Shown: one piece after another, positions 43,552-56,930 of the stretch
How positions within the stretch are numbered: the stretch's first letter is position 1
Layout: every line of letters starts with the position of its first letter
Assembly (NCBI GenBank): GCA_964247055.1
Contig: OZ176053.1
Span: forward strand, 13,702,001 to 13,766,000
Origin: Paragordius varius
Taxonomy: Eukaryota > Animalia > Nematomorpha
Reading direction: 5' to 3'
DNA length: 64,000 nt
Program-made: the position numbers and the translations under genes
The notes under the pieces: model-generated
The model's input: the letters and a program-made list of their open reading frames with translations, nothing else
What the model was told of the DNA's origin: nothing
The model's database searches: none

Positions 43552-46267
43552 AAGACTACATCAAATAATAGAGATAGTTTGACAAACTCTTTCATATCCG
43601 ATTTTCACAACGATACTTTATAAATTAATGTATAAAACTAGTCGTATCAATAAGTCGCATCAATACTCAAGTTAAACTTTGTCCTTAAAAATCGGATATT
43701 GGTCACCGGTGAACAAAATTATTTTTTATACATTCTCTTAGTAGGACTACATCAAAATATAGAGATAGTTTGGCAAACTTCATATCCGATTTTTACAACG
43801 ATACTTTAAAAATTAATGTATAAAACTAGTCGTATCAATAAATCGCATCAACACTCAAGTTAAACTTTGTCCTTAAAAATCGGATATTGGTCACCGGTGA
43901 ACAAAATGATTTTTTATACATTCTCTTAGTAGGACTACATCAAAATATAGAGATAGTTTGGCAAACTCTTTCATATCTGATTTTTACAACGATACTTTAA
44001 AAATTAATCTATTAAACTAGTCGCATCAATACTCAAGTTAAACTTTGTCCTTAAAAATCGGATATTGGTCACCGGTGAACAAAATAATTTTTTATACATT
44101 CTCTTAGCAAGACTACATCAAATAATAGAGATAGTTTGACAAACTCTTTCATATCCGATTTTTACAACGATACTTTATAAATAAATGTATAAAACTAGTC
44201 GTATCAATAAGTCGCATCAATACTCAAGTTAAACTTTGTCCTTAAAAATCGGATATTGGTCACCGGTGAACAAAATAATTTTTTATATATTCTCTTAGTA
44301 AGACTACATCAAAATATAGAGATAGTTTGACAAACTCTTTCATATCCGATTTTTACAACGATACTTTAAAAATTAATCTATTAAACTAGTCGCATCAATA
44401 CTCAAGTTAAACTTTGTCCTTAAAAATCGGATATTGGTCACCGGTGAACAAAATAATTTTTTATACATTCTCTTAGCAAGACTACATCAAATAATAGAGA
44501 TAGTTTGACAAACTGTTTCATATCCGATTTTTACAACAATACTTTAAAAATTAATGTATAAAACTAGTCGCATGATTACTCAAGTTAAACTTTGTCCTTA
44601 AAAATCGGATATTGGTCACCGGTGAACAAAATTTTTTTTATACATTCTCTTAGTAGGACTACATATAAATATAGAGATAGTTTGGCAAACTCTTTCATAT
44701 CCGATTTTTACAACAATACTTTAAAAATTAATGTATAAAACTAGTCGCATGATTACTCAAGTTAAACTTTGTCCTTAAAAATCGGATATTGGTCACCGGT
44801 GAACAAAATAATTTTTTATACATTCTCTTAGTAAGACTACATCAAAATATAGAGATAGTTTTGCAAACTCTTTCATATCCGATTTTTACAACGATACTTT
44901 AAAACTTAATGAATAAAACTAGTCGTATCAATACTCAAGTTAAACTTTGTCCTTAAAAATCAGATATTGGTCACCGGTGAACAAAATTATTTTTTATACA
45001 TTCTCTTAGTAAGACTACATCAAATAATAGAGATAGTTTGACAAACTCTTTCATATCCGATTTTCACAACGATACTTTATAAATTAATGTATAAAACTAG
45101 TCGTATCAATAAGTCGCATCAATACTCAAGTTAAACTTTGTCCTTAAAAATCGGATATTGGTCACCGGTGAACAAAATTATTTTTTATACATTCTCTTAG
45201 TAGGACTACATCAAAATATAGAGATAGTTTGGCAAACTTCATATCCGATTTTTACAACGATACTTTAAAAATTAATGTATAAAACTAGTCGTATCAATAA
45301 ATCGCATCAACACTCAAGTTAAACTTTGTCCTTAAAAATCGGATATTGGTCACCGGTGAACAAAATGATTTTTTATACATTCTCTTAGTAGGACTACATC
45401 AAAATATAGAGATAGTTTGGCAAACTCTTTCATATCTGATTTTTACAACGATACTTTAAAAATTAATCTATTAAACTAGTCGCATCAATACTCAAGTTAA
45501 ACTTTGTCCTTAAAAATCGGATATTGGTCACCGGTGAACAAAATAATTTTTTATACATTCTCTTAGCAAGACTACATCAAATAATAGAGATAGTTTGACA
45601 AACTCTTTCATATCCGATTTTTACAACGATACTTTATAAATAAATGTATAAAACTAGTCGTATCAATAAGTCGCATCAATACTCAAGTTAAACTTTGTCC
45701 TTAAAAATCGGATATTGGTCACCGGTGAACAAAATAATTTTTTATATATTCTCTTAGTAAGACTACATCAAAATATAGAGATAGTTTGACAAACTCTTTC
45801 ATATCCGATTTTTACAACGATACTTTAAAAATTAATCTATTAAACTAGTCGCATCAATACTCAAGTTAAACTTTGTCCTTAAAAATCGGATATTGGTCAC
45901 CGGTGAACAAAATAATTTTTTTTACATTCTCTTAGCAAGACTACATCAAATAATAGAGATAGTTTGACAAACTGTTTCATATCCGATTTTTACAACAATA
46001 CTTTAAAAATTAATGTATAAAACTAGTCGCATGATTACTCAAGTTAAACTTTGTCCTTAAAAATCGGATATTGGTCACCGGTGAACAAAATTTTTTTTAT
46101 ACATTCTCTTAGTAGGACTACATATAAATATAGAGATAGTTTGGCAAACTCTTTCATATCCGATTTTTACAACAATACTTTAAAAATTAATGTATAAAAC
46201 TAGTCGCATGATTACTCAAGTTAAACTTTGTCCTTAAAAATCGGATATTGGTCACCGGTGAACAAAA
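43552..46267 (+). repeat. Block duplication of about 1.26 kb at offset 1459 bp
   Basis: GGCAAACTTCAT (43771/45230), ACTGTTTCA (44515/45974), ATTTTCACAA and ATAAATAAATG match at a constant offset. Confidence 0.85.
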
Positions 46268-49200
46268 TTATTTTTTATACATTCTCTTAGTAAGACTACA
46301 TCAAAATATAGAGATAGTTTGACAAACTCTTTCATATCCGATTTTTACAACGATACTTTAAAAATTAATGTATTAAACTAGTCGCATCAATACTCAAGTT
46401 AAACTTTGTCCTTAAAAATCGGATATTGGTCACAGGTGAACAAAATTATTTTTTATACATTCTCTTAGTAAGACTACATCAAAATATAGAGATAGTTTGA
46501 CAAACTCTTTAATATCTGATTTTTACAACGATAATTTAAAAATTAATGTATAATTTAGCATACGACAATATTCAATTTAAACTTTGTCCTTAAAATCGGA
46601 TATTGGTGACCGGTGAACGAAACTATTTTCTATACATTCTCTTAGTAGTACTACATCAAAATATAGAGATAGTTTGACAAACTCTTTAATATCTGATTTT
46701 TAGAGCGATACTTTAAAAATAAATGTATAATTTAGCATACGACAATAAGCAAGTTAAACTTTGTCCTTAAAAATCGGATATTGGTCTCCGGTGAACAAAA
46801 TTATTTTTTATACATTCTCTTATTAAGACTACATCAAAATATAGAGATAGTTTGACAAACTCTTTCATATCCGATTTTTACAACGATACTTTAAAAATTA
46901 ATGTATAAAACTAGTCGCATCAATACTCAACCTAAACTTTGTCCTTAAAAATGGGATATTGGTCACCGTTGAACAAAACTATTTTTTATACATTCTCTTA
47001 GTAAGACTACATCAAAATATAGAGATAGTTTGACAAACTCTTTAATATCTGATTTTTAGAGCGATACTTTAAAAATTAATGTATAATTTAGCATACGACA
47101 ATAAGCAAGTTAAACTTTGTCCTTAAAAATCGGATATTAGTCGCCGGTAAAGAAAATAATTTTTTATACATTCTCTTAGTAGTACTACATCAAAATATAG
47201 AGATAGTTTGACAAACTCTTTAATATCTGATTTTTAGAGCGATACTTTAAAAATAAATGTATAATTTAGCATACGACAATAAGCAAGTTAAACTTTGTCC
47301 TTAAAAATCGGATATTGGTCTCCGGTGAACAAAATTATTTTTTATACATTCTCTTATTAAGACTACATCAAAATATAGAGATAGTTTAACAAACTCTTTC
47401 ATATCCGATTTTTACAACGATACTTTAAAAATTAATGTATAAAACTAGTCGCATCAATACTCAAGCTAAACTTTGTCCTTAAAAATGGGATATTGGTCAC
47501 CGGTGAACAAAATTATTTTTTATACATTCTCTTAGTAAGACTACATCAAAATATAGAGATAGTTTGACAAACTCTTTCATATCCGATTTTTACAACGATA
47601 CTTTAAAAATTAATGTATAATAATAGTCGCATCAATACTCAAGCTAAACTTTGTTCTTAAAAATACGATATTGGTCACCGGTGAACAAAATTATTTTTTA
47701 TACATTCTCTTATTAAGACTACATCAAAATATAGAGATAGTTTGACAAACTCTTTCATATCCGATTTTTACAACGATACTTTAAAAATTAATGTATAAAA
47801 CTAGTCGTATAAATACTTAAGTTAAACTTTGTCCTTAAAAATCGGATATTGGTCACCGGTGAACAAAATTATTTTTTATACATTCTCTTATTAAGACTAC
47901 ATCAAAATATAGAGATAGTTTGATTAACTCTTTCATATCCGATTTTTACAACGATACTTTTAAAATTAATGTATAAAACTAATCGCATCAATACTCAAGT
48001 TAAAGTTTGTCCTTAAAAATCGGATATTGGTCTCCGGTGAACAAAATTATTTTTTATACATTCTCTTATTAAGACTACATCAAAATATAGAGATAGTTTG
48101 ATTAACTCTTTCATATCCGATTTTTACAACGATACTTTTAAAATTAATGTATAAAACTAATCGCATCAATACTCAAGTTAAAGTTTGTCCTTAAAAATCG
48201 GATATTGGTCTCTGGTGAACAAAATTATTTTTTATACATTCTCTTATTAAGACTACATCAAAATATAGAGATAGTTTGACAAACTCTTTCATATCCGATT
48301 TTTACAACGATACTTTGAAAATTAATGTATAAAACTAATCGCATCAATACTCAAGTTAAAGTTTGTCCTTAAAAATCGGATATTGGTCTCCGGTGAACAA
48401 AATTATTTTTTATACATTCTCTTATTAAGACTACATCAAAATATAGAGATAGTTTGATTAGCTCTTTCATATCCGATTTTTACAACGATACTTTTAAAAT
48501 TAATGTATAAAACTAATCGCATCAATACTCAAGTTAAAGTTTGTCCTTAAAAATCGGATATTGGTCTCCGGTGAACAAAATTATTTTTTATACATTCTCT
48601 TAGTAAGACTACATCAAAATATAGAGATAGTTTGACAAACTCTTTCATATCCGATTTTTACAACGATACTTTGAAAATTAATGTATAAAATTAGTCGCAT
48701 CAATACTCAAGCTAAACTTTGTCCTTAAAAATGGGATATTGGTCACCGGTGAACAAAACTATTTTTTATACATTCTCTTAGTAAGGCTACATCAAAATAT
48801 AGAGATAGTTTGACAAACTCTTTCATATCCGATTTTTACAACGATACTTTTAAAATTAATGTATAAAACTAATCGCATCAATACTCAAGTAAAACTTTGT
48901 CCTTAAAAATCGGATATTGGTCACCGGTGAACAAAATTATTTTTTATACATTCTCTTAGTAAGACTACATGAAAATATAGAGATAGTTTGACAAACTCTT
49001 TCATATCCGATTTTTACAACGATACTTGAAAAAATTAATGTATAAAACTAGTCGTATCAATACTGAAGTTAAACTTTGTCCTTAAAAATCGGATATTGGT
49101 CACCGGTGACCAAAATTATTTTTTATACATTCTCTTATTAAGACTACATCAAAATATAGAGATAATTTGACAAACTCTTTAATATCTGATTTTTAGAGCG

Positions 49201-52200
49201 ATACTTTAAAAATTAATGTATAATTTAGCATACGACAATAAGCAAGTTAAACTTTGTCCTTAAAAATCGGATATTAGTCGCCGGTAAAGAAAATAATTTT
49301 TTATACATTCTCTTAGTAGTACTACATCAAAATATAGAGATAGTTTGACAAACTCTTTAATATCTGATTTTTAGAGCGATACTTTAAAAATAAATGTATA
49401 ATTTAGCATACGACAATAAGCAAGTTAAACTTTGTCCTTAATAATCGGATATTGGTCTCCGGTGAACAAAATTATTTTTTATACATTCTCTTATTAAGAC
49501 TACATCAAAATATAGAGATAGTTTAACAAACTCTTTCATATCCGATTTTTACAACGATACTTTAAAAATTAATGTATAAAACTAGTCGCATCAATACTCA
49601 AGTTAAACTTTGTGAAAAATCGGATATTGGTCACTGGTGAACAAAACTATTTTTTATACATTCTTTTAGTAAGACTACATCAAAATATAGAGATAGTTTG
49701 AACTCTTTCATATCCGATTTTTACAACGATACTTTTAAAATTAATGTATAAAACTAATCGCTTCAATACTCAAGTTAAACTTTGTCCTTAAAAATCGGAT
49801 ATTGGTCTCCGGTGAACAAAATTATTTTTTATACATTCTCTTATTAAGACTACATCAAAATATAGAGATAGTTTGACAAACTCTTTCATATCCGATTTTT
49901 ACAACGATACTTGAAAAAATTAATGTATAAAACTAGTCGTATCAATACTCAAGTTAAACTTTGTCCTTAAAAATCGGATATTGGTCACCGGTGAACAAAA
50001 TTATTTTTTATACATTCTCTTATTAAGACTACATCAAAATATAGAGATAGTTTGACAAACTCTTTAATATCTAATTTTTAGAGCGATACTTTAAAAATTA
50101 ATGTATAATTTAGCATACGACAATAAGCAAGTTAAACTTTGTCCTTAAAAATCGGATATTAGTCGCCGGTAAAGAAAATAATTTTATATACATTCTCTTA
50201 GTAGTACTACATCAAAATATAGAGATAGTTTGACTAACTCTTTCATATCCGATTTTTACAACGATACTTTTAAAATTAATGTATAAAACTAATCGCATCA
50301 ATACTCAAGTTAAACTTTGTCCTTAAAAATCGGATATTGGTCTCCGGTGAACAAAATTATTTTTTATACATTCTCTTATTAAAACTACATCATAATATAG
50401 AGATAGTTTGACAAACTCTTTCATATCCGATTTTTACAACTATACTTTGAAAATTAATGTATAAAATTAGTCGCATCAATACTCAAGCTAAACTTTGTCG
50501 TTAAAAATGGGATATTGGTGACCGGTGAACAAAACTATTTTTTATACATTCTCTTAGTAAGACTACATCAAAATATAGAGATAGTTTGACAAACTCTTTT
50601 ATATCCGATTTTTACAACGATACTTTTAAAATTAATGTATAAAACTAATTGCATCAATACTCAAGTTAAACTTTGTCCTTAAAAATCGGATATTGGTCAC
50701 CGGTGAACAAAATTATTTTTTATACATTCTCTTATTAAGACTACATCAAAATATAGAGATAGTTTAACAAACTCTTTCATATCCGATTTTTAAAACGATA
50801 CTTTAAAAATTAATGTATAATTTAGCATACGACAATAAGCAAGTTAAACTTTGTCCTTAAAAATCGGATATTAGTCGCCGGTAAAGAAAATAATTTTTTA
50901 TACATTCTCTTAGTAGTACTACATCAAAATATAGAGATAGTTTGACAAACTCTTTAATATCTGATTTTTAGAGCGATACTTTAAAAATTAATGTATAATT
51001 TAGCATACGACAATAAGCAAATTAAACTTTGTCCTTAAAAATCGGATATTGGTCTCCGGTGAACAAAACTATTTTTTATACATTCTCTTAGTAAGACTAC
51101 ATCAAAATATAGAGATAGTTTGACAAACTCTTTCATATCCGATTTTTACAACGATACTTTTAAAATTAATGTATAAAACTAATCGCATCAATACTCAAGT
51201 TAAACTTTGTCCTTAAAAATCGGATATTGGTCACCGGTGAACAAAATTATTTTTTATACATTCTCTTAGTAAGACTACATCAAAATATAGAGATAGTTTG
51301 ATAAACTCTTTCATATCCGATTTTTACAACGATACTTAAAAATTAATGCATAAAATTAGTCGTATGAATACTCAAGTTAAACTTTGTCCTTAAAAAACGG
51401 ATATTGGGGATCGGTGAACAAAATTATTTTTTATACATTCTCTTATTAAGACTACATCAAAATATAGAGATAGTTTGACAAACTCTTTCATATCCGATTT
51501 TTAAAACGATACTTTAAAAATTAATGTATAAAACTAGTCGCATCAATACTCAAGTTAAACTTTGTCCTTAAAAATCGGATATTGGTCACCGGTGAACAAA
51601 ATTATTTTTTATACATTCTCTTAGTAGTACTACATCAAAATATAGAGATAGTTTGACAAACTCTTTAATATCTGATTTTTAGAGCGATACTTTAAAAATT
51701 AATGTATAATTTAGCATACGACAATAAGCAAGTTAAACTTTGTCCTTAAAAATCGGATATTGGTCTCCGGTGAACAAAATTATTTTTTATACATTCTCTT
51801 ATTAAGACTACATCAAAATATAGAGATAGTTTGATAAACTCTTTCATATCCGATTTTTATAACCATACTTTAAAAATTGATGTATAAAACTAGTCGCATC
51901 AATACTCAAGTTAAACTTTGTCCTTAAAAATCGGATATTGGTCACCGGTGAACAAAACTATTTTTTATACATTCTTTTAGTAAGACTACATCAAAATATA
52001 GAGATAGTTTGACAAACTCTTTCATATCCGATTTTTACAACGATACTTTTAAAATTAATGTATAAAACTAATCGCATCAATACTCAAGTTAAACTTTGTC
52101 CTTAAAAATCGGATATTGGTCACCGGTGACCAAAATTATTTTTTATACATTCTCTTAGTAGGAGTACATGAAAATATAGAGATAGTTTGACAAACTCTTT

Positions 52201-54199
52201 TATATCCGATTTTTAAAACGATACTATAAAAATTAATGTATAAAACTAGTCGCATCAATACTCAAGTTAAACTTTGTCAAAAATCGGATATTGGTCACCG
52301 GTGAACAAAACTATTTTTTATACATTCTTTTAGTAAGACTACATCAAAATATAGAGATAGTTTGATAAACTCTTTCATATCCGATTTTTATAACGATACT
52401 TTAAAAATTAATGTATAAAACTAGTCGCATCGATACTCAAGTTAAACTTTGTATTTAAAAATCGGATATTAGTCGCCGGTAAAGAAAATAATTTTTTATA
52501 CATTCTCTTAGTAGTACTACATCAAAATATAGAGATCGTTTGACAAACTCTTTAATATCTGATTTTTAGAGCGATACTTTAAAATTTAATGTATAATTTA
52601 GCATACGACAATAAGCAAGTTAAACTTTGTCCTTAAAAATCGGATATTAGTCACCGGTAAAGAAAATAATTTTTTATACATTCTCTTAGTAGGACTACAT
52701 CAAAAAATAGAGATAGTTTGACAAACTCTTTCATATCCGATTTTTACAACGATACTTTTAAAATTAATGTATAAAACTAATCGCATGAATACTCAATTTA
52801 AACTTTGTCCTTAAAAATCGGATATTGGTCACCGGTGACCAAAATTATATTTTATACATTCTCTTATTAAGACTACATCAAAATGTAGAGATAGTTTGAC
52901 AAACTCTTTCATATCCGATTTTTACAACGATACTTTAAAAATTAATGTATAAAATTAGTCGCATCAATACTCAAGCTAAACTATGTCTTTAAAAATCGGA
53001 TATTAGTCGCCGGTAAAGAAAATTATTTTTTATACATTCTCTTAGTAAGACTACATCAAAATATAGAGATAGTTTGACAAACTCTTTAATATCTGATTTT
53101 TAGAGCTATACTTTAAAAATTAATGTATAATTTAGCATACGACAATAAGCAAGTTAAACTTTGTCCTTAAAAATCGGATATTGGTCTCCGGTGAACAAAA
53201 TTATTTTTTATACATTCTCTTATTAAGACTACATCAAATAATAGAGATAGTTTAACAAACTCCTTCATATCCGATTTTTACAACGATACTTTAAAAATTA
53301 ATGTATAAAACTAGTCGCATAAATACTCAAGTTAAACTTTGTCCTTAAAAATCAGATATTGGTCACCGGTGAACAAAACTATTTTTTATACATTCTCTTA
53401 GTAAGACTACATCAAAATATAGAGATAGTTTGACAAACTTTTTAATATCTGTTTTTTACAACGATACTTTAAAAATTAATGTATAATTTAGCATACGACA
53501 ATATTCAAGTTATACTTTGTCCTTAAAAATCGGATATTGGTGACCGGTGAACGAAACTATTTTCTATACATTCTCTTAGAAGGACTACATTAAAATATAG
53601 AGATAGTTTGACAAACTCTTTCATATCCGATTTTTACAACGATACTTTAAAAATTAATGTATAAAACTAGTCGCATCAATACTCAAGTTAAACTTTGTCC
53701 TTAAAAATCAGATATTGGTCACCGGTGAACAAAACTATTTTTTATACATTCTCTTAGTAAGACTACATCAAAATATAGAGATAGTTTGACAAACTCTTTA
53801 ATATCTGATTTTTAGAGCGATAATTTAAAAATTAATGTATAATTTAGCATACGACAATAAGCAAGTTAAACTTTGTCCTTAAAAATCGGATATTAGTCGC
53901 CGGTAAAGAAAATAATTTTTTATACATTCTCTTAGTAGTACTACATCAAAATATAGAGATAGTTTGACAAACTCTTTAATATCTGATTTTTAGAGCGATA
54001 CTTTAAAAATAAATGTATAATTTAGCATACGACAATAAGCAAGTTAAACTTTGTCCTTAAAAATCGGATATTGGTCTCCGGTGAACAAAATTATTTTTTA
54101 TACATTCTCTTATTAAGACTACATCAAAATATAGAGATAGTTTAACAAACTCTTTCATATCCGATTTTTACAACGATACTTTAAAAATTAATGTATAAA

Positions 54200-54780
54200 A
54201 CTAGTCGCATCAATACTCAAGTTAAACTTTGTCCTTAAAAATCGGATATTGGTCTCCGGAGAACAAAATTATTTTTTATACATTCTCTTATTAAGACTAC
54301 ATCAAAATATAGAGATAGTTTGACAAACTCTTTCATATCCGATTTTTACAACGATACGTTGAAAATTAATGTATAAAATTAGTCGTATAAATACTCAAGC
54401 TAAACTTTGTCCTTAAAAATCGGATATTGGTCACCGGTGAACAAAATTATTTTTTATACATTCTCTTATTAAGACTACATCAAAATATAGAGATAGTTTG
54501 ACTAACTCTTTCATATCCGATTTTTACAACGATACTTTTAAAATTAATGTATAAAACTAATCGCATCAATACTCAAGTTAAACTTTGTCCTTAAAAATCG
54601 GATATTGGTCTCCGGAGAACAAAATTATTTTTTATACATTCTCTTATTAAGACTACATCAAAATATAGAGATAGTTTGACAAACTCTTTCATATCCGATT
54701 TTTACAACGATACGTTGAAAATTAATGTATAAAATTAGTCGTATAAATACTCAAGCTAAACTTTGTCCTTAAAAATGGGA
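54200..54780 (+). repeat. Nested 356-bp (dimer) duplication, also present in the second 4977-bp copy (~59180-59760)
   Basis: GGTCTCCGGAGAAC at 54251/54607, each followed by GATACGTTGAAA and GTCGTATAAATAC. Confidence 0.82.
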
Positions 54781-55849
54781 TATTGGTCACCGGTGAACAA
54801 AACTATTTTTTATACATTCTCTTAGTAAGACTACATCAAAATATAGAGATAGTTTGACAAACTCTTTCATATCCGATTTTTACAACGATACTTTTAAAAT
54901 TAATGTATAAAACTAATCGCATCAATACTCAAGTAAAACTTTGTCTTTAAAAATCGGATATTGGTCACCGGTGAACAAAATTATTTTTTATACATTCTCT
55001 TATTAAGACTACATCAAAATATAGAGATAGTTTGACAAACTCTTTAATATCTGATTTTTAGAGCGATACTTTAAAAATTAATGTATAATTTAGCATACGA
55101 CAATCAGCAAGTTAAACTTTGTCCTTAAAAATCGGATATTAGTCGCCGGTAAAGAAAATAATTTTTTATACATTCTCTTAGTAGTACTACATCAAAATAT
55201 AGAGATAGTTTGACAAACTCTTTAATATCTGATTTTTAGAGCGATACTTTAAAAATAAATGTATAATTTAGCATACGACAATAAGCAAGTTAAACTTTGT
55301 CCTTAATAATCGGATATTGGTCTCCGGTGAACAAAATTATTTTTTATACATTCTCTTATTAAGACTACATCAAAATATAGAGATAGTTTAACAAACTCTT
55401 TCATATCCGATTTTTACAACGATACTTTAAAAATTAATGTATAAAACTAGTCGCATCAATACTCAAGTTAAACTTTGTCAAAAATCGGATATTGGTCACC
55501 TGTGAACAAAACTATTTTTTATACATTCTTTTAGTAAGACTACATCAAAATATAGAGATAGTTTGAACTCTTTCATATCCGATTTTTACAACGATACTTT
55601 TAAAATTAATGTATAAAACTAATCGCATCAATACTCAAGTTAAACTTTGTCCTTAAAAATCGGATATTGGTCTCCGGTGAACAAAATTATTTTTTATACA
55701 TTCTCTTATTAAGACTACATCAAAATATAGAGATAGTTTGACAAACTCTTTCATATCCGATTTTTACAACGATACTTTAAAAATTAATGTATAAAACTAA
55801 TCGCATCAATACTCAAGTTAAACTTTGTCCTTAAAAATCGGATATTGGT

Positions 55850-56930
55850 CACCGGTGAACAAAATTATTTTTTATACATTCTCTTAGTAAGACTACATGA
55901 AAATATAGAGATAGTTTGACAAACTCTTTCATATCCGATTTTTACAACGATACTTGAAAAAATTAATGTATAAAACTAGTCGTATCAATACTCAAGTTAA
56001 ACTTTGTCCCTAAAAATCGGATATTGGTCACCGGTGAACAAAATTATAATTTATACATTCTCTTATTAAGACTACATCAAAATATAGAGATAGTTTAACA
56101 AACTCTTTAATATCTAATTTTTAGAGCGATACTTTAAAAATTTATGTATAATTTAGCATACGACAATAAGCAAGTTAAACTTTGTCCTTAAAAATCGGAT
56201 ATTAGTCGCCGGTAAAGAAAATAATTTTATATACATTCTCTTAGTAGTACTACATCAAAATATAGAGATAGTTTGACAAACTCTTTAATATCTGATTTTT
56301 GGAGCGAAACTTAAAAAATAAATGTATAATTTAGCATACGACAATAAGCAAGTTAAACTTTTTCCTTAAAAATCGGATATTGGTCACCGGTGAACAAAAT
56401 TATTTTTTATACATTCTCTTAGTAAGACTACATGAAAATATAGAGATAGTTTGACAAACTCTTTCATATCCGATTTTTACAACGATACTTGAAAAAATTA
56501 ATGTATAAAACTAGTCGTATCAATACTCAAGTTAAACTTTGTCCCTAAAAATCGGATATTGGTCACCGGTGAACAAAATTATAATTTATACATTCTCTTA
56601 TTAAGACTACATCAAAATATAGAGATAGTTTAACAAACTCTTTAATATCTAATTTTTAGAGCGATACTTTAAAAATTTATGTATAATTTAGCATACGACA
56701 ATAAGCAAGTTAAACTTTGTCCTTAAAAATCGGATATTAGTCGCCGGTAAAGAAAATAATTTTATATACATTCTCTTAGTAGTACTACATCAAAATATAG
56801 AGATAGTTTGACAAACTCTTTAATATCTGATTTTTGGAGCGAAACTTAAAAAATAAATGTATAATTTAGCATACGACAATAAGCAAGTTAAACTTTTTCC
56901 TTAAAAATCGGATATTGGTCTCCGGTGAAC
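55850..56930 (+). repeat. Nested 535-bp (trimer) duplication, also present in the second 4977-bp copy (~60830-61900)
   Basis: GTCCCTAAAA at 56006/56541, with ACATGAAAA, TTGGAGCGAAAC and AACTTTTTCC each repeated at the same spacing. Confidence 0.85.
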
